Numbered from the stretch's first letter, positions 10,742 through 21,164 are shown. The stretch: 64,000 nucleotides of DNA from an uncultured Prevotella sp. (GCA_900544825.1 UQWP01000001.1:15881-79880), one strand, 5' to 3'. The notes: a model not told the origin generated them from the letters alone. Numbers and translations: made by a program.

Positions 10742-12535
10742 ATGGAGAATATAAATAAGATAAGAAATTTCTGCATTATTGCACATATTGACCATGGTAA
10801 AAGTACCTTGGCAGACCGATTGTTAGAGAAGACCCAGACCATCAAGATTACTGAGGGTCAGATGCTTGATGATATGGACCTGGAGAGAGAGCGTGGTATC
10901 ACCATCAAGAGCCATGCCATCCAGATGGAATACAAGGCAAAGGATGGAGATACTTACATCCTCAACCTCATCGATACTCCGGGACACGTCGATTTCTCTT
11001 ATGAGGTTTCTCGTTCCATCGCAGCGTGCGAGGGAGCGCTCTTGGTCGTAGATGCCACCCAGGGTGTCCAGGCCCAGACTATCTCTAACCTCTATATGGC
11101 TATTGAGCATGATCTGGAGATTATTCCGGTCATCAACAAGATAGATATGCCTTCGGCTATGCCGGAGGAAGTGGAAGATGAGATTGTGGATCTCATCGGT
11201 TGCAAGCACGAGGATATCCTCCGTGCATCCGGTAAGACCGGCGAGGGTGTAGAAGATGTTCTGGAAGCGGTGGTTAACCGTGTTCCGGCTCCTAAGGGAG
11301 ATGACAAGGCTCCACTTCAGGCTTTGATTTTCGACTCTGTATTCAACTCATTCCGTGGTATCATCGCTTACTTCAAGATTGAGAACGGTGTGATCCGTAA
11401 GGGCGACAAGGTGAAGTTCTTCAACACCGGTATGGAATACGATGCTGATGAGATTGGCGTACTGAAGATGGATATGATTCCCCGCAAGGAATTGGGTGCC
11501 GGTGAGGTAGGTTACATCATCTCGGGTATCAAGAATGCTACCGAGGTAAAGGTGGGTGATACCATTACCCACATCGCACGTCCTTGTGAAAAGGCGATTG
11601 CAGGATTCCAGGAAGTGAAGCCGATGGTATTTGCCGGCGTTTATCCTATCGATCCTAGCGATTACGAGAATCTGCGTGCCTCATTGGAGAAGCTGCAGCT
11701 TAACGATGCTTCGCTTACCTTCTCTCCTGAGAGTTCGGTTGCCTTGGGCTTCGGTTTCCGATGTGGATTCCTCGGTCTGCTCCACATGGAGATTGTACAG
11801 GAGCGTCTGGACCGTGAGTTCAACATGGATGTCATCACCACCGTTCCAAACGTATCCTATATGGTATATGACAAGCAAGGTGGTGTAAAAGAGGTACATA
11901 ACCCATCGGGACTGCCTGATCCAACGCTCATCGACCATATTGAGGAGCCATATATCCGAGCTACCATCATCACAGCTACCAATTATATTGGTCCTATCAT
12001 GAAGCTCTGTCTGGATAAGCGTGGTGAGCTTATCAATCAGGAATATGTGAGTGGCAACCGTGTGGAGCTGCATTTCATGCTGCCGTTGGGCGAGATTGTG
12101 ATCGATTTCTACGATAAGCTGAAGAGTATTTCCAAGGGATATGCTTCGTTCGACTATCATATCGATTCCTTCCGTCATTCCGACCTGGTGAAGCTTGATA
12201 TCCTCTTGAACGGAGAGCCGGTGGATGCCCTGAGTACTTTGACCCATCGCGACAACTCAGTGAGCTTCGGTCGCAGAATGTGCGAGAAGCTGAAGGATCT
12301 GATTCCACGTCAGCAGTTTGATATTGCTATTCAGGCTGCTATCGGTGCGAAAATCGTAGCCCGTGAAACTGTAAAGCAGGTGCGCAAGGATGTTACTGCC
12401 AAGTGTTATGGTGGTGACGTGAGCCGTAAGCGTAAGTTGCTGGAGAAGCAGAAGAAGGGTAAGAAACGTATGAAGCAGATTGGTAACGTAGAGGTGCCTC
12501 AGAAGGCATTCCTTGCGGTGCTGAAGCTTTACTAA
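10742..12535 (+). CDS. lepA: Translation elongation factor 4 (LepA)
   Basis: [28 protein letters not shown] (G1 motif), DTPGHVDF (G3), NKIDMP (G4) and the LepA-specific C-terminal domain. The start at MENINK is preferred to the upstream M at 10688, which would overlap the divergent promoter. Confidence 0.95.
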   Translation: MENINKIRNFCIIAHIDHGKSTLADRLLEKTQTIKITEGQMLDDMDLERERGITIKSHAIQMEYKAKDGDTYILNLIDTPGHVDFSYEVSRSIAACEGALLVVDATQGVQAQTISNLYMAIEHDLEIIPVINKIDMPSAMPEEVEDEIVDLIGCKHEDILRASGKTGEGVEDVLEAVVNRVPAPKGDDKAPLQALIFDSVFNSFRGIIAYFKIENGVIRKGDKVKFFNTGMEYDADEIGVLKMDMIPRKELGAGEVGYIISGIKNATEVKVGDTITHIARPCEKAIAGFQEVKPMVFAGVYPIDPSDYENLRASLEKLQLNDASLTFSPESSVALGFGFRCGFLGLLHMEIVQERLDREFNMDVITTVPNVSYMVYDKQGGVKEVHNPSGLPDPTLIDHIEEPYIRATIITATNYIGPIMKLCLDKRGELINQEYVSGNRVELHFMLPLGEIVIDFYDKLKSISKGYASFDYHIDSFRHSDLVKLDILLNGEPVDALSTLTHRDNSVSFGRRMCEKLKDLIPRQQFDIAIQAAIGAKIVARETVKQVRKDVTAKCYGGDVSRKRKLLEKQKKGKKRMKQIGNVEVPQKAFLAVLKLY

Positions 12536-12579
12536 GAGATTCGACGATATAAATTTTAATAATAGGAGGAACTTGAATT

Positions 12580-13179
12580 ATGAGTGATTTTAAGGTTATC
12601 ACCCCTAAACGCGACATAGCCAGAGAGCTTGCCCGTAGGTATAGTACGATGACTCATGACGAGTTGGATATACTGGAATCAATCCTGGAGCCAATCAAGT
12701 ATGGCAAGGGCGAGAAGATTCTGGTAGAGGGTGAAGTGTGTAGAAACATTTCTTACATAGAGAAGGGATTGGTGCGCCAATTCTATACCAAGTATGATAA
12801 GGAGGTAACAGAACACTTAGGTGTTGACCATTCTATCTTCATGTGTATTGAGAGTCTTTTCAAGGAAACCCCTTCCTACCTCCAGGTTGAGGCTTTGGAG
12901 CCTACCTTGGTATATGCTTTGCCGAAGGCGAAGCTCGAGGCGGCTGCCATTAGAAATGTAAACATCCAGATGCTTTACCGTAAGATTCTGGAAGAGAGTT
13001 TGATTCAGTCACAGGTACATGCCGACCTGATGCGATTCGAAACTGCGCCTAATAAGTATAAGCGTTTGTGCGAGTTGAATCCGCAAGTGGTGCTCCGTGC
13101 TCCGCTTACGTATATCGCAAACTATCTGCAGATGACTCCTGAGACACTGTCTCGCATCCGATCAAACACTTTATTGTAA
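12580..13179 (+). CDS. Crp/Fnr family transcriptional regulator (cNMP-binding domain + C-terminal HTH)
   Basis: 199 aa. cNMP-binding-like region GEKILVEGEVCRNISYIEKGLVRQF and C-terminal HTH LTYIANYLQMTPETLSRIRS. Confidence 0.8.
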   Translation: MSDFKVITPKRDIARELARRYSTMTHDELDILESILEPIKYGKGEKILVEGEVCRNISYIEKGLVRQFYTKYDKEVTEHLGVDHSIFMCIESLFKETPSYLQVEALEPTLVYALPKAKLEAAAIRNVNIQMLYRKILEESLIQSQVHADLMRFETAPNKYKRLCELNPQVVLRAPLTYIANYLQMTPETLSRIRSNTLL

Positions 13180-13190
13180 TTATGATCATA

Positions 13191-13233
13191 AAAAAATGGT
13201 GTAACTTCTTTTTTGAAGCTACACCATTTTTTG
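13191..13233. terminator. Bidirectional intrinsic terminator (AATGGTGTAACTTC ttttt GAAGCTACACCATT + T-run) between convergent crp-like gene and acyl-CoA ligase gene
   Basis: Hairpin with one mismatch, flanked by an A-run and a T-run. Confidence 0.6.
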
Positions 13234-13274
13234 GTATTTGTATCTCTTTTATTCCTTTATCAGGAGTTTTCTTG

Positions 13275-14939
13275 TTATTCAGCTGTATAGAGGAATCGCT
13301 TGATACTCTTCTTAGGAGTCTTTTCAAACTCTTCTTCGTAGATGCGAATCTCGCTTACCTTGCTGTAGGTTGGAACCATTGTATTGAGCTCCTGGCGGTT
13401 CTGCTCCATAATCTCTTCCAGTTCGCTTCTGCCCAGGTTCAGAGACTGAGCCTCGTCGAAGTCAGGATGTACCAGAGCCACCAGCTTGTCGCCCTTCTGA
13501 ACTACCACGCTCTCAGCAACGAGGGCGAGGGAATTGAGCTTATCCTCGATTTCCTCAGGATAGATATTCTGACCGCTGGCGCCGAGCAGCATGTTCTTGC
13601 TGCGTCCCTTGATGAATACATTACCATCTCCATCCATGGTTCCGAGGTCGCCGGAATGATACCATCCGTTCTCATCGATGGTCTGCTTGGTAGCCTCCTC
13701 ATTCTTGTAGTAACCCAGCATCACGTTAGGACCCTTGGCAAGGATTTCGCCTGGTACGTTCTCCGGATCCGGACTGTCGATGCGAACCATCATGTGGAGC
13801 GCAGCCTTACCGCAAGAGCCTGGAACGAAGTTCTTGTAATCCTCATAGCAGATGATAGGTGCACATTCTGTGGCACCATAACCCACTGTATATTTGAAGC
13901 CCACGCCGTGGAGGAATCTTTCTACTTCCTGGTTGAATGCAGCACCGCCGATAATCACCTCGTAGAAGTTGCCACCGAAGGCATTGGTAACCTGGTCGCA
14001 GATCTTCTCTTTCACCTTCTTGCTGATGACTGGCATGTGGAGGAGCATGCGCATACGGTTGTTCTGAATCTTAGGGAATACCTTCTTGCGGATGATCTTC
14101 TCGATAACCAGAGGCACAGCAATGATAACTGCTGGCTTGATGCGTCCGAATGCCTCGGCGATGATGGCTGGGCTAGGGATGCGGGTGAGATAGTAAATAT
14201 GGCAACCCTTGATGAATTCGAAGATAAACTCGAACGCCATACCATACATGTGAGCCATCGGCAGGATACTGATGACAGAATCGCCTGGCTTGATCTTCTT
14301 GCCCAATACATTCTCTGCAAAGTCGGCATTGCCCCACAGCGCACGGTATGGAATCATCACACCCTTGGAGAAACCGGTAGTTCCACTGGTGTAGTTGATC
14401 ATAGCCAACTCTTCAGGATCCTGGTCGATATAATAGTTGACGTGGTTCTTGCGGAAGTACTTAGGGTACTTGATACCGAACATCTCGTTGAGGTGCTCGC
14501 GGGCATAAGTCAACTTGTCGGTACGTGAAACCACGAGTGAGTAATCAGGAATGTAGATGATACCTTCCAGACCCGGCATCTTGGTTGCATCTATCTGTGT
14601 CGCAACAACGTCGCCCACGAAGAGCAGCTTGGCGTCGCTGTGGTTCACGATATTGTGAATCTGTTCTGGCATGAACTCATGCAGGATAGGTACAGCGATG
14701 GCACCATAGGTCAGGGTAGCGAGGAAAGCCACTGCCCAATTGGCACTGTTTCTACCGCAAAGAGCAATCTTGTCGCCCTTTACTACGCCGGAGTTCTCAA
14801 ACATGATGTGCAGCTTCTCGATTTTGCGTGCTACATCGTGATACTGCAAGGTAGCTCCCTTGTAGTCGGTCAAGGCATCCATATCCCAATGGTCTATGAT
14901 GCTCTGCTGGATAAGTGCGTTAAAGCTAGGAATTTCCAT
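13275..14939 (-). CDS. AMP-binding enzyme: long-chain-fatty-acid--CoA ligase-like (paralog 1)
   Basis: Adenylate-forming motifs YTSGTTGFSKGVM (A3) and downstream GYGATE-like core. Start taken at MEIPSFNALIQ (14939), matching the paralog N-terminus. Confidence 0.85.
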   Translation of the reverse strand: MEIPSFNALIQQSIIDHWDMDALTDYKGATLQYHDVARKIEKLHIMFENSGVVKGDKIALCGRNSANWAVAFLATLTYGAIAVPILHEFMPEQIHNIVNHSDAKLLFVGDVVATQIDATKMPGLEGIIYIPDYSLVVSRTDKLTYAREHLNEMFGIKYPKYFRKNHVNYYIDQDPEELAMINYTSGTTGFSKGVMIPYRALWGNADFAENVLGKKIKPGDSVISILPMAHMYGMAFEFIFEFIKGCHIYYLTRIPSPAIIAEAFGRIKPAVIIAVPLVIEKIIRKKVFPKIQNNRMRMLLHMPVISKKVKEKICDQVTNAFGGNFYEVIIGGAAFNQEVERFLHGVGFKYTVGYGATECAPIICYEDYKNFVPGSCGKAALHMMVRIDSPDPENVPGEILAKGPNVMLGYYKNEEATKQTIDENGWYHSGDLGTMDGDGNVFIKGRSKNMLLGASGQNIYPEEIEDKLNSLALVAESVVVQKGDKLVALVHPDFDEAQSLNLGRSELEEIMEQNRQELNTMVPTYSKVSEIRIYEEEFEKTPKKSIKRFLYTAE

Positions 14940-15023
14940 ATTCTTATTATTTAACGATTTTCTAAGTTCATATTTTTCTCGTACTTGTAGTCTCTTTCTT
15001 GAGACCAAGTTTTATGCCATGTC

Positions 15024-16691
15024 TTATATCACGTCCTGGTAGAGGTAACGCTTGATAGACTTCTTGGCTGTCTTTTCAAATTCGGTGTCGTGCAGCTGGA
15101 TGCGTGATATCTTCGCAAAGCTAGGCATCTGCCTATTCAGTTCCTTTCGGTTCTGCTCCATGATGTTGGCGAGGTCTTCGTCTGAGAATCCCAGTTCCTT
15201 GCTCTCTTCCATCTCCGGATGAACGAGTGCCACGAGCTTATCATCCTTCTGCAGCACGATGCTCTCGTTGACCATAGCCATGGAGTTGAGCTTGTCCTCA
15301 ATCTCTTCCGGATAGATGTTCTGTCCGTTAGGACCGAGCAGCATGTTCTTGCTTCTTCCTCTTACGAAGAAATGTCCGTCGGCATCCATTGTAGCCAGGT
15401 CGCCGGTATGGAACCATCCGTCTTCATCAATCACGGCATCGGTAGCCTCCTGATTCTTATAGTAACCCTTCATCACATTGATGCCGCGGCAAACCAGTTC
15501 GCCAGCCACGTTTTCCGGGTCATCGCTCAATACCTTTACCTCCATGTGCTTTACGGCAACACCGCAGCTACCTGCCACATAATTGTCCTGATGGGCGAAG
15601 GTGATGAGCGGAGCTGTTTCCGTAGTACCATAACCCATGGCGATAGGGAAGCCGATGCTGATGAAGAAGTTCTCTATCTCCTTGTTGAGTGGAGCGCCAC
15701 CCACAACCACCTCGTAAGGATGCTCGCCGAACTTGCGCAATACAAATTCGCGAACCTTCTCCTTGATGCGCTTGTTGATGACAGGCATGTTCATCAGCAG
15801 ACGGGCACGGTTGGTCTGGATATGTGGGAACACTTCTTTTCTCACGATCTTATCTACCACGAGTGGTACGGCAAAGATGATGTCTGGCTTGATTTCTGCC
15901 AGCGCCTCAGAGATGAGCGTAGGGCTCGGAAGGCGGGTGAGGAAGAAGATGTGGTTACCCATTGCCATATTGTAGATGAACTCGGTCATGAGTCCATACA
16001 TGTGAGCCATCGGAAGGGTAGAGAGGATGTTGCTGTTCTTGCCGATCTTCGGACTTACCGTATCCATCAGGTAATCGAGATTACCCCAGAGGGCTCTGTA
16101 TGGCAACATCACACCCTTGGAGAAACCTGTGGTTCCGCTGGTGTAGTTGATCATCGCCAATTCTTCCGGATCATCCACATGATATTTCACATGCTCAGGG
16201 CGGAAGTACTTGGGATATTTATGACCAAACATGGCGTTGAGATTCTCGCGGGCATAGGTCAGTTTCTCTGAACGGGAAATGACGAGCGAATTATCCGGCA
16301 GATAGATGATACCTTCCAGTGTAGGCATCTCATCGGGAGTAATCTCTGTAGCCACCACATCACCCACAAACAGGAGCTTGCTCTCGCTATGGTTCACGAT
16401 GTTGTGGATCTGCTCTGGTTTGAATTCGTTCTGTATAGGCACGACGATTGCACCATAGGTGATAATAGCCAGGAAAGCTACTGCCCACTGGCTACTATTT
16501 CTACCGCAGACGGCAATCTTGTCGCCCTTCTTCACATCGCTGTTTTCAAACAGAATGTGCAGCTTCTCTATCTTTCTTGCAACATCGTGGTACTGGAGTG
16601 TAGCGCCCTTGTAATCGGTGAGCGCATCCAAGTGCCAATTCTTGATGATGCTTCTCTCAATATACGAGTTAAAACTTGGTATTGAATTCAT
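15024..16691 (-). CDS. AMP-binding enzyme: long-chain-fatty-acid--CoA ligase-like (paralog 2, tandem with paralog 1)
   Basis: Colinear with the upstream paralog, including YTSGTTGFSKGVM. Start taken at MNSIPSFNSYIE (16691). Confidence 0.85.
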   Translation of the reverse strand: MNSIPSFNSYIERSIIKNWHLDALTDYKGATLQYHDVARKIEKLHILFENSDVKKGDKIAVCGRNSSQWAVAFLAIITYGAIVVPIQNEFKPEQIHNIVNHSESKLLFVGDVVATEITPDEMPTLEGIIYLPDNSLVISRSEKLTYARENLNAMFGHKYPKYFRPEHVKYHVDDPEELAMINYTSGTTGFSKGVMLPYRALWGNLDYLMDTVSPKIGKNSNILSTLPMAHMYGLMTEFIYNMAMGNHIFFLTRLPSPTLISEALAEIKPDIIFAVPLVVDKIVRKEVFPHIQTNRARLLMNMPVINKRIKEKVREFVLRKFGEHPYEVVVGGAPLNKEIENFFISIGFPIAMGYGTTETAPLITFAHQDNYVAGSCGVAVKHMEVKVLSDDPENVAGELVCRGINVMKGYYKNQEATDAVIDEDGWFHTGDLATMDADGHFFVRGRSKNMLLGPNGQNIYPEEIEDKLNSMAMVNESIVLQKDDKLVALVHPEMEESKELGFSDEDLANIMEQNRKELNRQMPSFAKISRIQLHDTEFEKTAKKSIKRYLYQDVI

Positions 16692-16858
16692 TGCACAATT
16701 TACAAAATTTTGTGCAAAGGTACAGAAAATACTGCACACCGCAAAATAAAATGTGCATTATTTTATAGATTAGCGTAAAATATTTTAGAAACTAGGTAAA
16801 AATATATAGTTTTATCCCATTATTGCCATTTACTAGTGACAATAATGGGATAATTATC

Positions 16859-18106
16859 CTATTCGTATCTCATCGATTTGGCTGGATGGATATGAGAGAT
16901 GAGGTAACTTGGCGCTACCAGCATGAAGATGCTGATGAGGAGGGTGGCTATGTTCAGTGCCACGATGAAGAGCCAGTTGAATTCTACCGGTACCATACTT
17001 ACGTAGTAAGTCTGGGCATCGAGCTTCACCATTCCCGTGAAATGCTGCAGGGCAAGAAGTCCCAGTCCGATGATATTGCCCAGTAACATTCCCTTGCCGA
17101 TGATGAATACGGCAAACCAGAGGAAGGTGTGACGGATGGTCTTGTTGCGTGCACCCAGAGCTTTCATCACTCCAATCATCGAGGTTCGCTCCAGGATGAT
17201 GATGAGCAATCCGCTGATCATCGTTACGCCTGCCACGATGAGCATCAGTCCCAGGATAATCCATACATTCAGGTCCATCAGGCTGAGCCATTGGAAGATG
17301 TTCGGGTTCAGCTCCTTGATGGTAGCGCTGCTGTAGGTTTCTCCGTAATGATCTACGGTACGGTTCACCTTATTTATAATATAGTCTTCCGTCTCGTTGA
17401 GCTTGTCGAAGTCCTTCACGGTCAGTTCGGCACCGCTTGCCTGGTCATCTTCCCATCCATTCAGCTTCACGGCTGTATAGAGGTCGGTATAGACCATCAG
17501 TTCATCATACTTCTTGAGATTGGTCTCGTAGATACCCTTGATTGTGAACCGGCGCATTCTCACGCCCTGGTTGTCGATGAAGTAGGCGAAGATGCGCTCG
17601 CCGTTCTTCAGCTTCAACTTGTCTGCCATCAGCTTGGAAATCAGAATCTGATTATGGCTGGCTTTGTCATCAAACTTCGGTATGCTTCCTTCCACCATGT
17701 TCTGATGGATGAAGGTAGAATCGAAGTCCGGTCCCACACCCTTGAGCACCACGCCCAGGAAATCGTTGTCGGTCTTGAGGATTCCTTCTTTCATGGCAAA
17801 GCGCTGCACATGTTTCACGCCCGGAATCTTCTGGAGTACCTTCACCATCGAGTCGTTCATCACCACCGGATACTGGTTCTGCTGCTGCAGGGTCATGAAG
17901 TCGGCCACCTGGATATGGCTTCCGAAGCCAATCACCTTGTCGCGGATGGTGTGCTTGAATCCCAGCACCACGCATACCGACATGATCATGATGGCGAGTC
18001 CGATGGCAACACCGGCTGTGGCAATATGAATAGCAGGGCGAGAAACTTTACGTTTGTCGCCCTGATCACTATATAATCTCTTTGCTATAAACAGAGGAAA
18101 ATTCAT
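16859..18106 (-). CDS. ABC transporter permease, FtsX/LolC-LolE family
   Basis: 415 aa. N-terminal TM helix, large periplasmic domain and a C-terminal cluster of TM helices (...IILGLMLIVAGVTMISGLLIIILERTSMIGVMKALG...) are typical of LolE/MacB-type permeases. Confidence 0.85.
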   Translation of the reverse strand: MNFPLFIAKRLYSDQGDKRKVSRPAIHIATAGVAIGLAIMIMSVCVVLGFKHTIRDKVIGFGSHIQVADFMTLQQQNQYPVVMNDSMVKVLQKIPGVKHVQRFAMKEGILKTDNDFLGVVLKGVGPDFDSTFIHQNMVEGSIPKFDDKASHNQILISKLMADKLKLKNGERIFAYFIDNQGVRMRRFTIKGIYETNLKKYDELMVYTDLYTAVKLNGWEDDQASGAELTVKDFDKLNETEDYIINKVNRTVDHYGETYSSATIKELNPNIFQWLSLMDLNVWIILGLMLIVAGVTMISGLLIIILERTSMIGVMKALGARNKTIRHTFLWFAVFIIGKGMLLGNIIGLGLLALQHFTGMVKLDAQTYYVSMVPVEFNWLFIVALNIATLLISIFMLVAPSYLISHIHPAKSMRYE

Positions 18107-18110
18107 ATTT

Positions 18111-18151
18111 ACATTGAACTTTGAACATTGAACTTTGAACTTTATGATTAG
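18111..18151. repeat. Leader repeat element ACATTGAACTTTGAAC(ATTGAACTTTGAAC)TTTATGATTAG immediately 5' of the lolE-like start (minus-strand sense); second copy at 27373-27406
   Basis: Near-identical ~35-bp sequence found directly upstream of or overlapping the start codons of two unrelated minus-strand genes. Confidence 0.55.
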
Positions 18152-18228
18152 CTTAGACTATTGAATTGGCTTTCCCTTCGGACGCCGAACGTTGTTTCTT
18201 CACTCTTCACTCTTCGTTCTTCACTTCC

Positions 18229-19440
18229 TTATAGTCCTTCATCCTCCACTCTTCCCGGGTAAGCTTCGAGTGCCTTGGCAAGAACAATCAATGCGCGGTT
18301 CAAGTCGTCCTTCTTCAAGACGTATGCCATACGCACCTGGTTGCGGCCGGCACCAGGAGTGGTGTAGAAACCTGAGGCTGGAGCCATCATCACGGTCTCG
18401 CCCTCATATTCAAACTCTTCCAGACACCAGCGGCAGAACTTGTCTGAGTCGTCGATAGGCAACTTGGCTACGGTATAGAAGGCACCCATTGGGATAGGAG
18501 AATAAACGCCCGGAATACGGTTGAGACCGTCGATCAGACACTTACGTCGATCTACGTACTCATCATATACGTCGCGATAGTACTCCTCAGGTGCATCGAG
18601 TGAAGCCTCGGCAACAATCTGACCAATCAGTGGAGGAGAGAGGCGAGCCTGACAGAACTTCATCACAGCCTTGCGAATCTCTGCATTCTTGGTAATCAGG
18701 GCACCCACACGGATACCACACTCGCTGTATCGCTTGGATACAGAGTCGATGAGCACGGTATTCTGCTCGATACCCTCCAGGTGCATCGCACTGATGTAAG
18801 GGCTTCCGGTGTAGATATACTCGCGGTAAACCTCATCCGAGAAGAGGTAGAGATCGTACTTCTTCACCAGGTCGCGAATCTGGTTCATCTCTCTGCGGGT
18901 ATAGAGATAGCCGGTAGGGTTGTTCGGGTTACAGATCAGGATGGCACGGGTGCGCTCATTGATGAGTTCCTCAAACTTCTCCACCTTAGGCAGGGAGAAA
19001 CCTTCCTCGATGGTAGTGGCGATGGTGCGGATCTTGGCACCCGCCGAGATGGCGAACGCCATATAGTTGGCATAGGCAGGTTCTGGCACGATGATCTCGT
19101 CTCCAGGGTTCAAGCAACTCATGAAAGAGAAGAGCACAGCCTCAGAACCTCCCGATGTGATGATGATGTCATCCGGAGTAACGTTGATATTGAATTTCTT
19201 GTAATAATCTACTAGCTTCTCACGATAACTGAGATAGCCCTGACTTGGAGAATACTCCAAGATGGTGCGGTCGATGTGTTTCAGCGCATCGAGACCACAC
19301 TGTGGAGTAGGCAGATCAGGCTGACCGATATTGAGGTGATATACCTTTACTCCACGTTTCTTTGCTGCGGCAGCCAGTGGAGCCAACTTCCTGATAGGTG
19401 ACTCTGGCATTTCAAGACCGCGTACAGATATTTCTGGCAT
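18229..19440 (-). CDS. Pyridoxal phosphate-dependent aminotransferase (class I; aspartate aminotransferase-like)
   Basis: 403 aa. MPEISVRGLEMPESPIRKLAPLAAAAKKRGVKVYHLNIGQPDLPTP is a typical fold-type I aminotransferase N-terminus, with a PLP-lysine region SVSKRYSECGIRVG. Confidence 0.9.
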   Translation of the reverse strand: MPEISVRGLEMPESPIRKLAPLAAAAKKRGVKVYHLNIGQPDLPTPQCGLDALKHIDRTILEYSPSQGYLSYREKLVDYYKKFNINVTPDDIIITSGGSEAVLFSFMSCLNPGDEIIVPEPAYANYMAFAISAGAKIRTIATTIEEGFSLPKVEKFEELINERTRAILICNPNNPTGYLYTRREMNQIRDLVKKYDLYLFSDEVYREYIYTGSPYISAMHLEGIEQNTVLIDSVSKRYSECGIRVGALITKNAEIRKAVMKFCQARLSPPLIGQIVAEASLDAPEEYYRDVYDEYVDRRKCLIDGLNRIPGVYSPIPMGAFYTVAKLPIDDSDKFCRWCLEEFEYEGETVMMAPASGFYTTPGAGRNQVRMAYVLKKDDLNRALIVLAKALEAYPGRVEDEGL

Positions 19441-19774
19441 CTTTTCTAAATAATTCTTTCTGTTATTAACCCTAGCAAGCTGTTTCCCTTCCAGGCCCGG
19501 TACTTACCCAGCCGTATCAGATGAAACAATATCTCGCAAATCGTCTGCAAAGATAAGCAATTTCATTGAAAATACGTAATAGATTGGGTTAAAAATTGAT
19601 TTTTTAGTAAAAAACTCTTTATTCTGTTGCTCTTCTCCATTCTTTTTTATAACTTTGCATCATCTTTCAGCGCTTTCGCCCTGCCTATAATATAATAAGG
19701 TAGAAAGGGGAGAGGTAGTCTGGAAAAGGATAATAAAACAAAGATTTTAAACATTAGTAAAAGGAAAAGAAATT

Positions 19775-20278
19775 ATGAGAAGTAGAACAAGCACTTGGTT
19801 TGAGACAAAGGTTAAATATCAGAAGACGATGGAGGATGGTTCAGAAAAGGTGGTTTCTGAAGCATACGTAGTTGATGCCCTGAGTTTCACCGAGGCAGAG
19901 AGCGCTATTATCGACGAGATGTCTGTCTATGTAAGCGGCGAGTTGAAGGTCAGCGGCATCGGTAAGGCTTGCTATGGAGAAATCTTCTTCAGCGATATTG
20001 ATGATGATGACAAGTGGTACAAGGCTAAGCTCCAGTTCATCACCATCGATGAAAAGACTGACAAGGAGAAGCGTTCTAACGTTACATATCTCGTACAGGC
20101 TAAGTCTTTGGCTCGTGCACTCCGCTATATCGACGAGGTGATGGGCAAGACTATGATCGACTATGATGTAGTAGGCTTGAACGAGACCAAGCTGATGGAT
20201 GTTTTCGAGCACCACGCTCCTGGCGACAAGAAGGAGGAGAAGAACGACGTACCTGAGTACGAGCAGCAGAATCAGTAA
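19775..20278 (+). CDS. DUF4494-like protein (Bacteroidota-specific, conserved upstream of yggS)
   Basis: 167-aa acidic protein in the conserved DUF4494 position upstream of yggS. Preceded by a TAACTTTG -7 box at ~19650. Confidence 0.65.
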   Translation: MRSRTSTWFETKVKYQKTMEDGSEKVVSEAYVVDALSFTEAESAIIDEMSVYVSGELKVSGIGKACYGEIFFSDIDDDDKWYKAKLQFITIDEKTDKEKRSNVTYLVQAKSLARALRYIDEVMGKTMIDYDVVGLNETKLMDVFEHHAPGDKKEEKNDVPEYEQQNQ

Positions 20279-20296
20279 AGAAAGGGAGGAAGAACT

Positions 20297-20968
20297 ATGT
20301 ATGATGTAAAAGGAAATCTTCATGAAGTGTTGGGCAGCTTGCCTGCAGGGGTTAGCCTTGTAGCCATCAGCAAGTTTCATCCCAACGAGTTTATTGAGGC
20401 GGCGTACGCCGAGGGGCAGCGCATCTTTGGCGAGAGCCATGAGCAGGAACTCGCCAAGAAGGTGGCTTCCCTGCCTAAGGATATCCAGTGGCACTTCATC
20501 GGTCATCTGCAGACCAACAAGGTGAAGTATATTGCTCCTTATATCTCCATGATTGAGTCGGTGGATAGCCTGAAGCTCCTGAAGGAGATTAATAAGCAGG
20601 CTGCCAAGCACGACCGCGTGGTGAAGGTGTTGCTGGAACTGCATATCGCCGAGGAAGATACCAAGTCGGGGCTTTCTATCGATGCTTGCCGTGAACTCCT
20701 GGAGTCTGGCGAGTGGAGAGAGATGCCTCATGTGCAGATATGCGGCTTGATGATGATGGCATCGAATACCGATGATGAACAGCAGATTGCCTCTGAATTT
20801 GATGAGGCAGCCAAGTTCTTCGATGAGGTAAAGGCAAAGTATTTCGCCGATGATGATGCCTTCTGCGAGCGAAGCTGGGGTATGAGCCACGACTATCATA
20901 TCGCTGTCAAGCACGGCAGTACGATGGTGCGTGTGGGTACTACCATCTTCGGTCCTAGAATCTATTAA
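20297..20968 (+). CDS. yggS: YggS family pyridoxal phosphate homeostasis protein
   Basis: 223 aa. VSLVAISKFHP (PLP-lysine) and ...HFIGHLQTNKVKYI... are canonical YggS motifs. Confidence 0.9.
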   Translation: MYDVKGNLHEVLGSLPAGVSLVAISKFHPNEFIEAAYAEGQRIFGESHEQELAKKVASLPKDIQWHFIGHLQTNKVKYIAPYISMIESVDSLKLLKEINKQAAKHDRVVKVLLELHIAEEDTKSGLSIDACRELLESGEWREMPHVQICGLMMMASNTDDEQQIASEFDEAAKFFDEVKAKYFADDDAFCERSWGMSHDYHIAVKHGSTMVRVGTTIFGPRIY

Positions 20969-20986
20969 GTATAAAAGGAAATAATA

Positions 20987-21030
20987 AATCCCTAGACGAT
21001 AGCTGATATCGCCTAGGGATTTTTGTTTTG
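20987..21030 (+). terminator. Intrinsic terminator after yggS (ATCCCTAG...CTAGGGAT + TTTTGTTTTG)
   Basis: 8-bp stem followed by a T-run. Confidence 0.6.
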
Positions 21031-21044
21031 TTCCTAATGGGAAT

Positions 21045-21086
21045 TGTTCTTATCCTTAATGATATTTGTTCTTATCCTTAATGATA
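21045..21086. repeat. Perfect 20-bp direct repeat TTGTTCTTATCCTTAATGAT x2 at 22-bp period
   Basis: gaattgttcttatccttaatgat atttgttcttatccttaatgat, in the convergent intergenic region. Confidence 0.8.
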
Positions 21087-21164
21087 ATCTATGTTCATAA
21101 CTGTTGAACACACGTTCAACGACGCTGAACCTAACTTTCTATTCATAGTATAAGCTTTTTCCTC

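Noticed and set aside
19441-19774. Possible ncRNA/riboswitch in the 334-bp aminotransferase-DUF4494 divergent intergenic region
   Set aside because: It contains recognisable -7 boxes for both divergent genes and a ~110-nt leader. No conserved riboswitch-like motif or stable multi-stem structure could be seen by eye. Left as an ordinary divergent promoter region.
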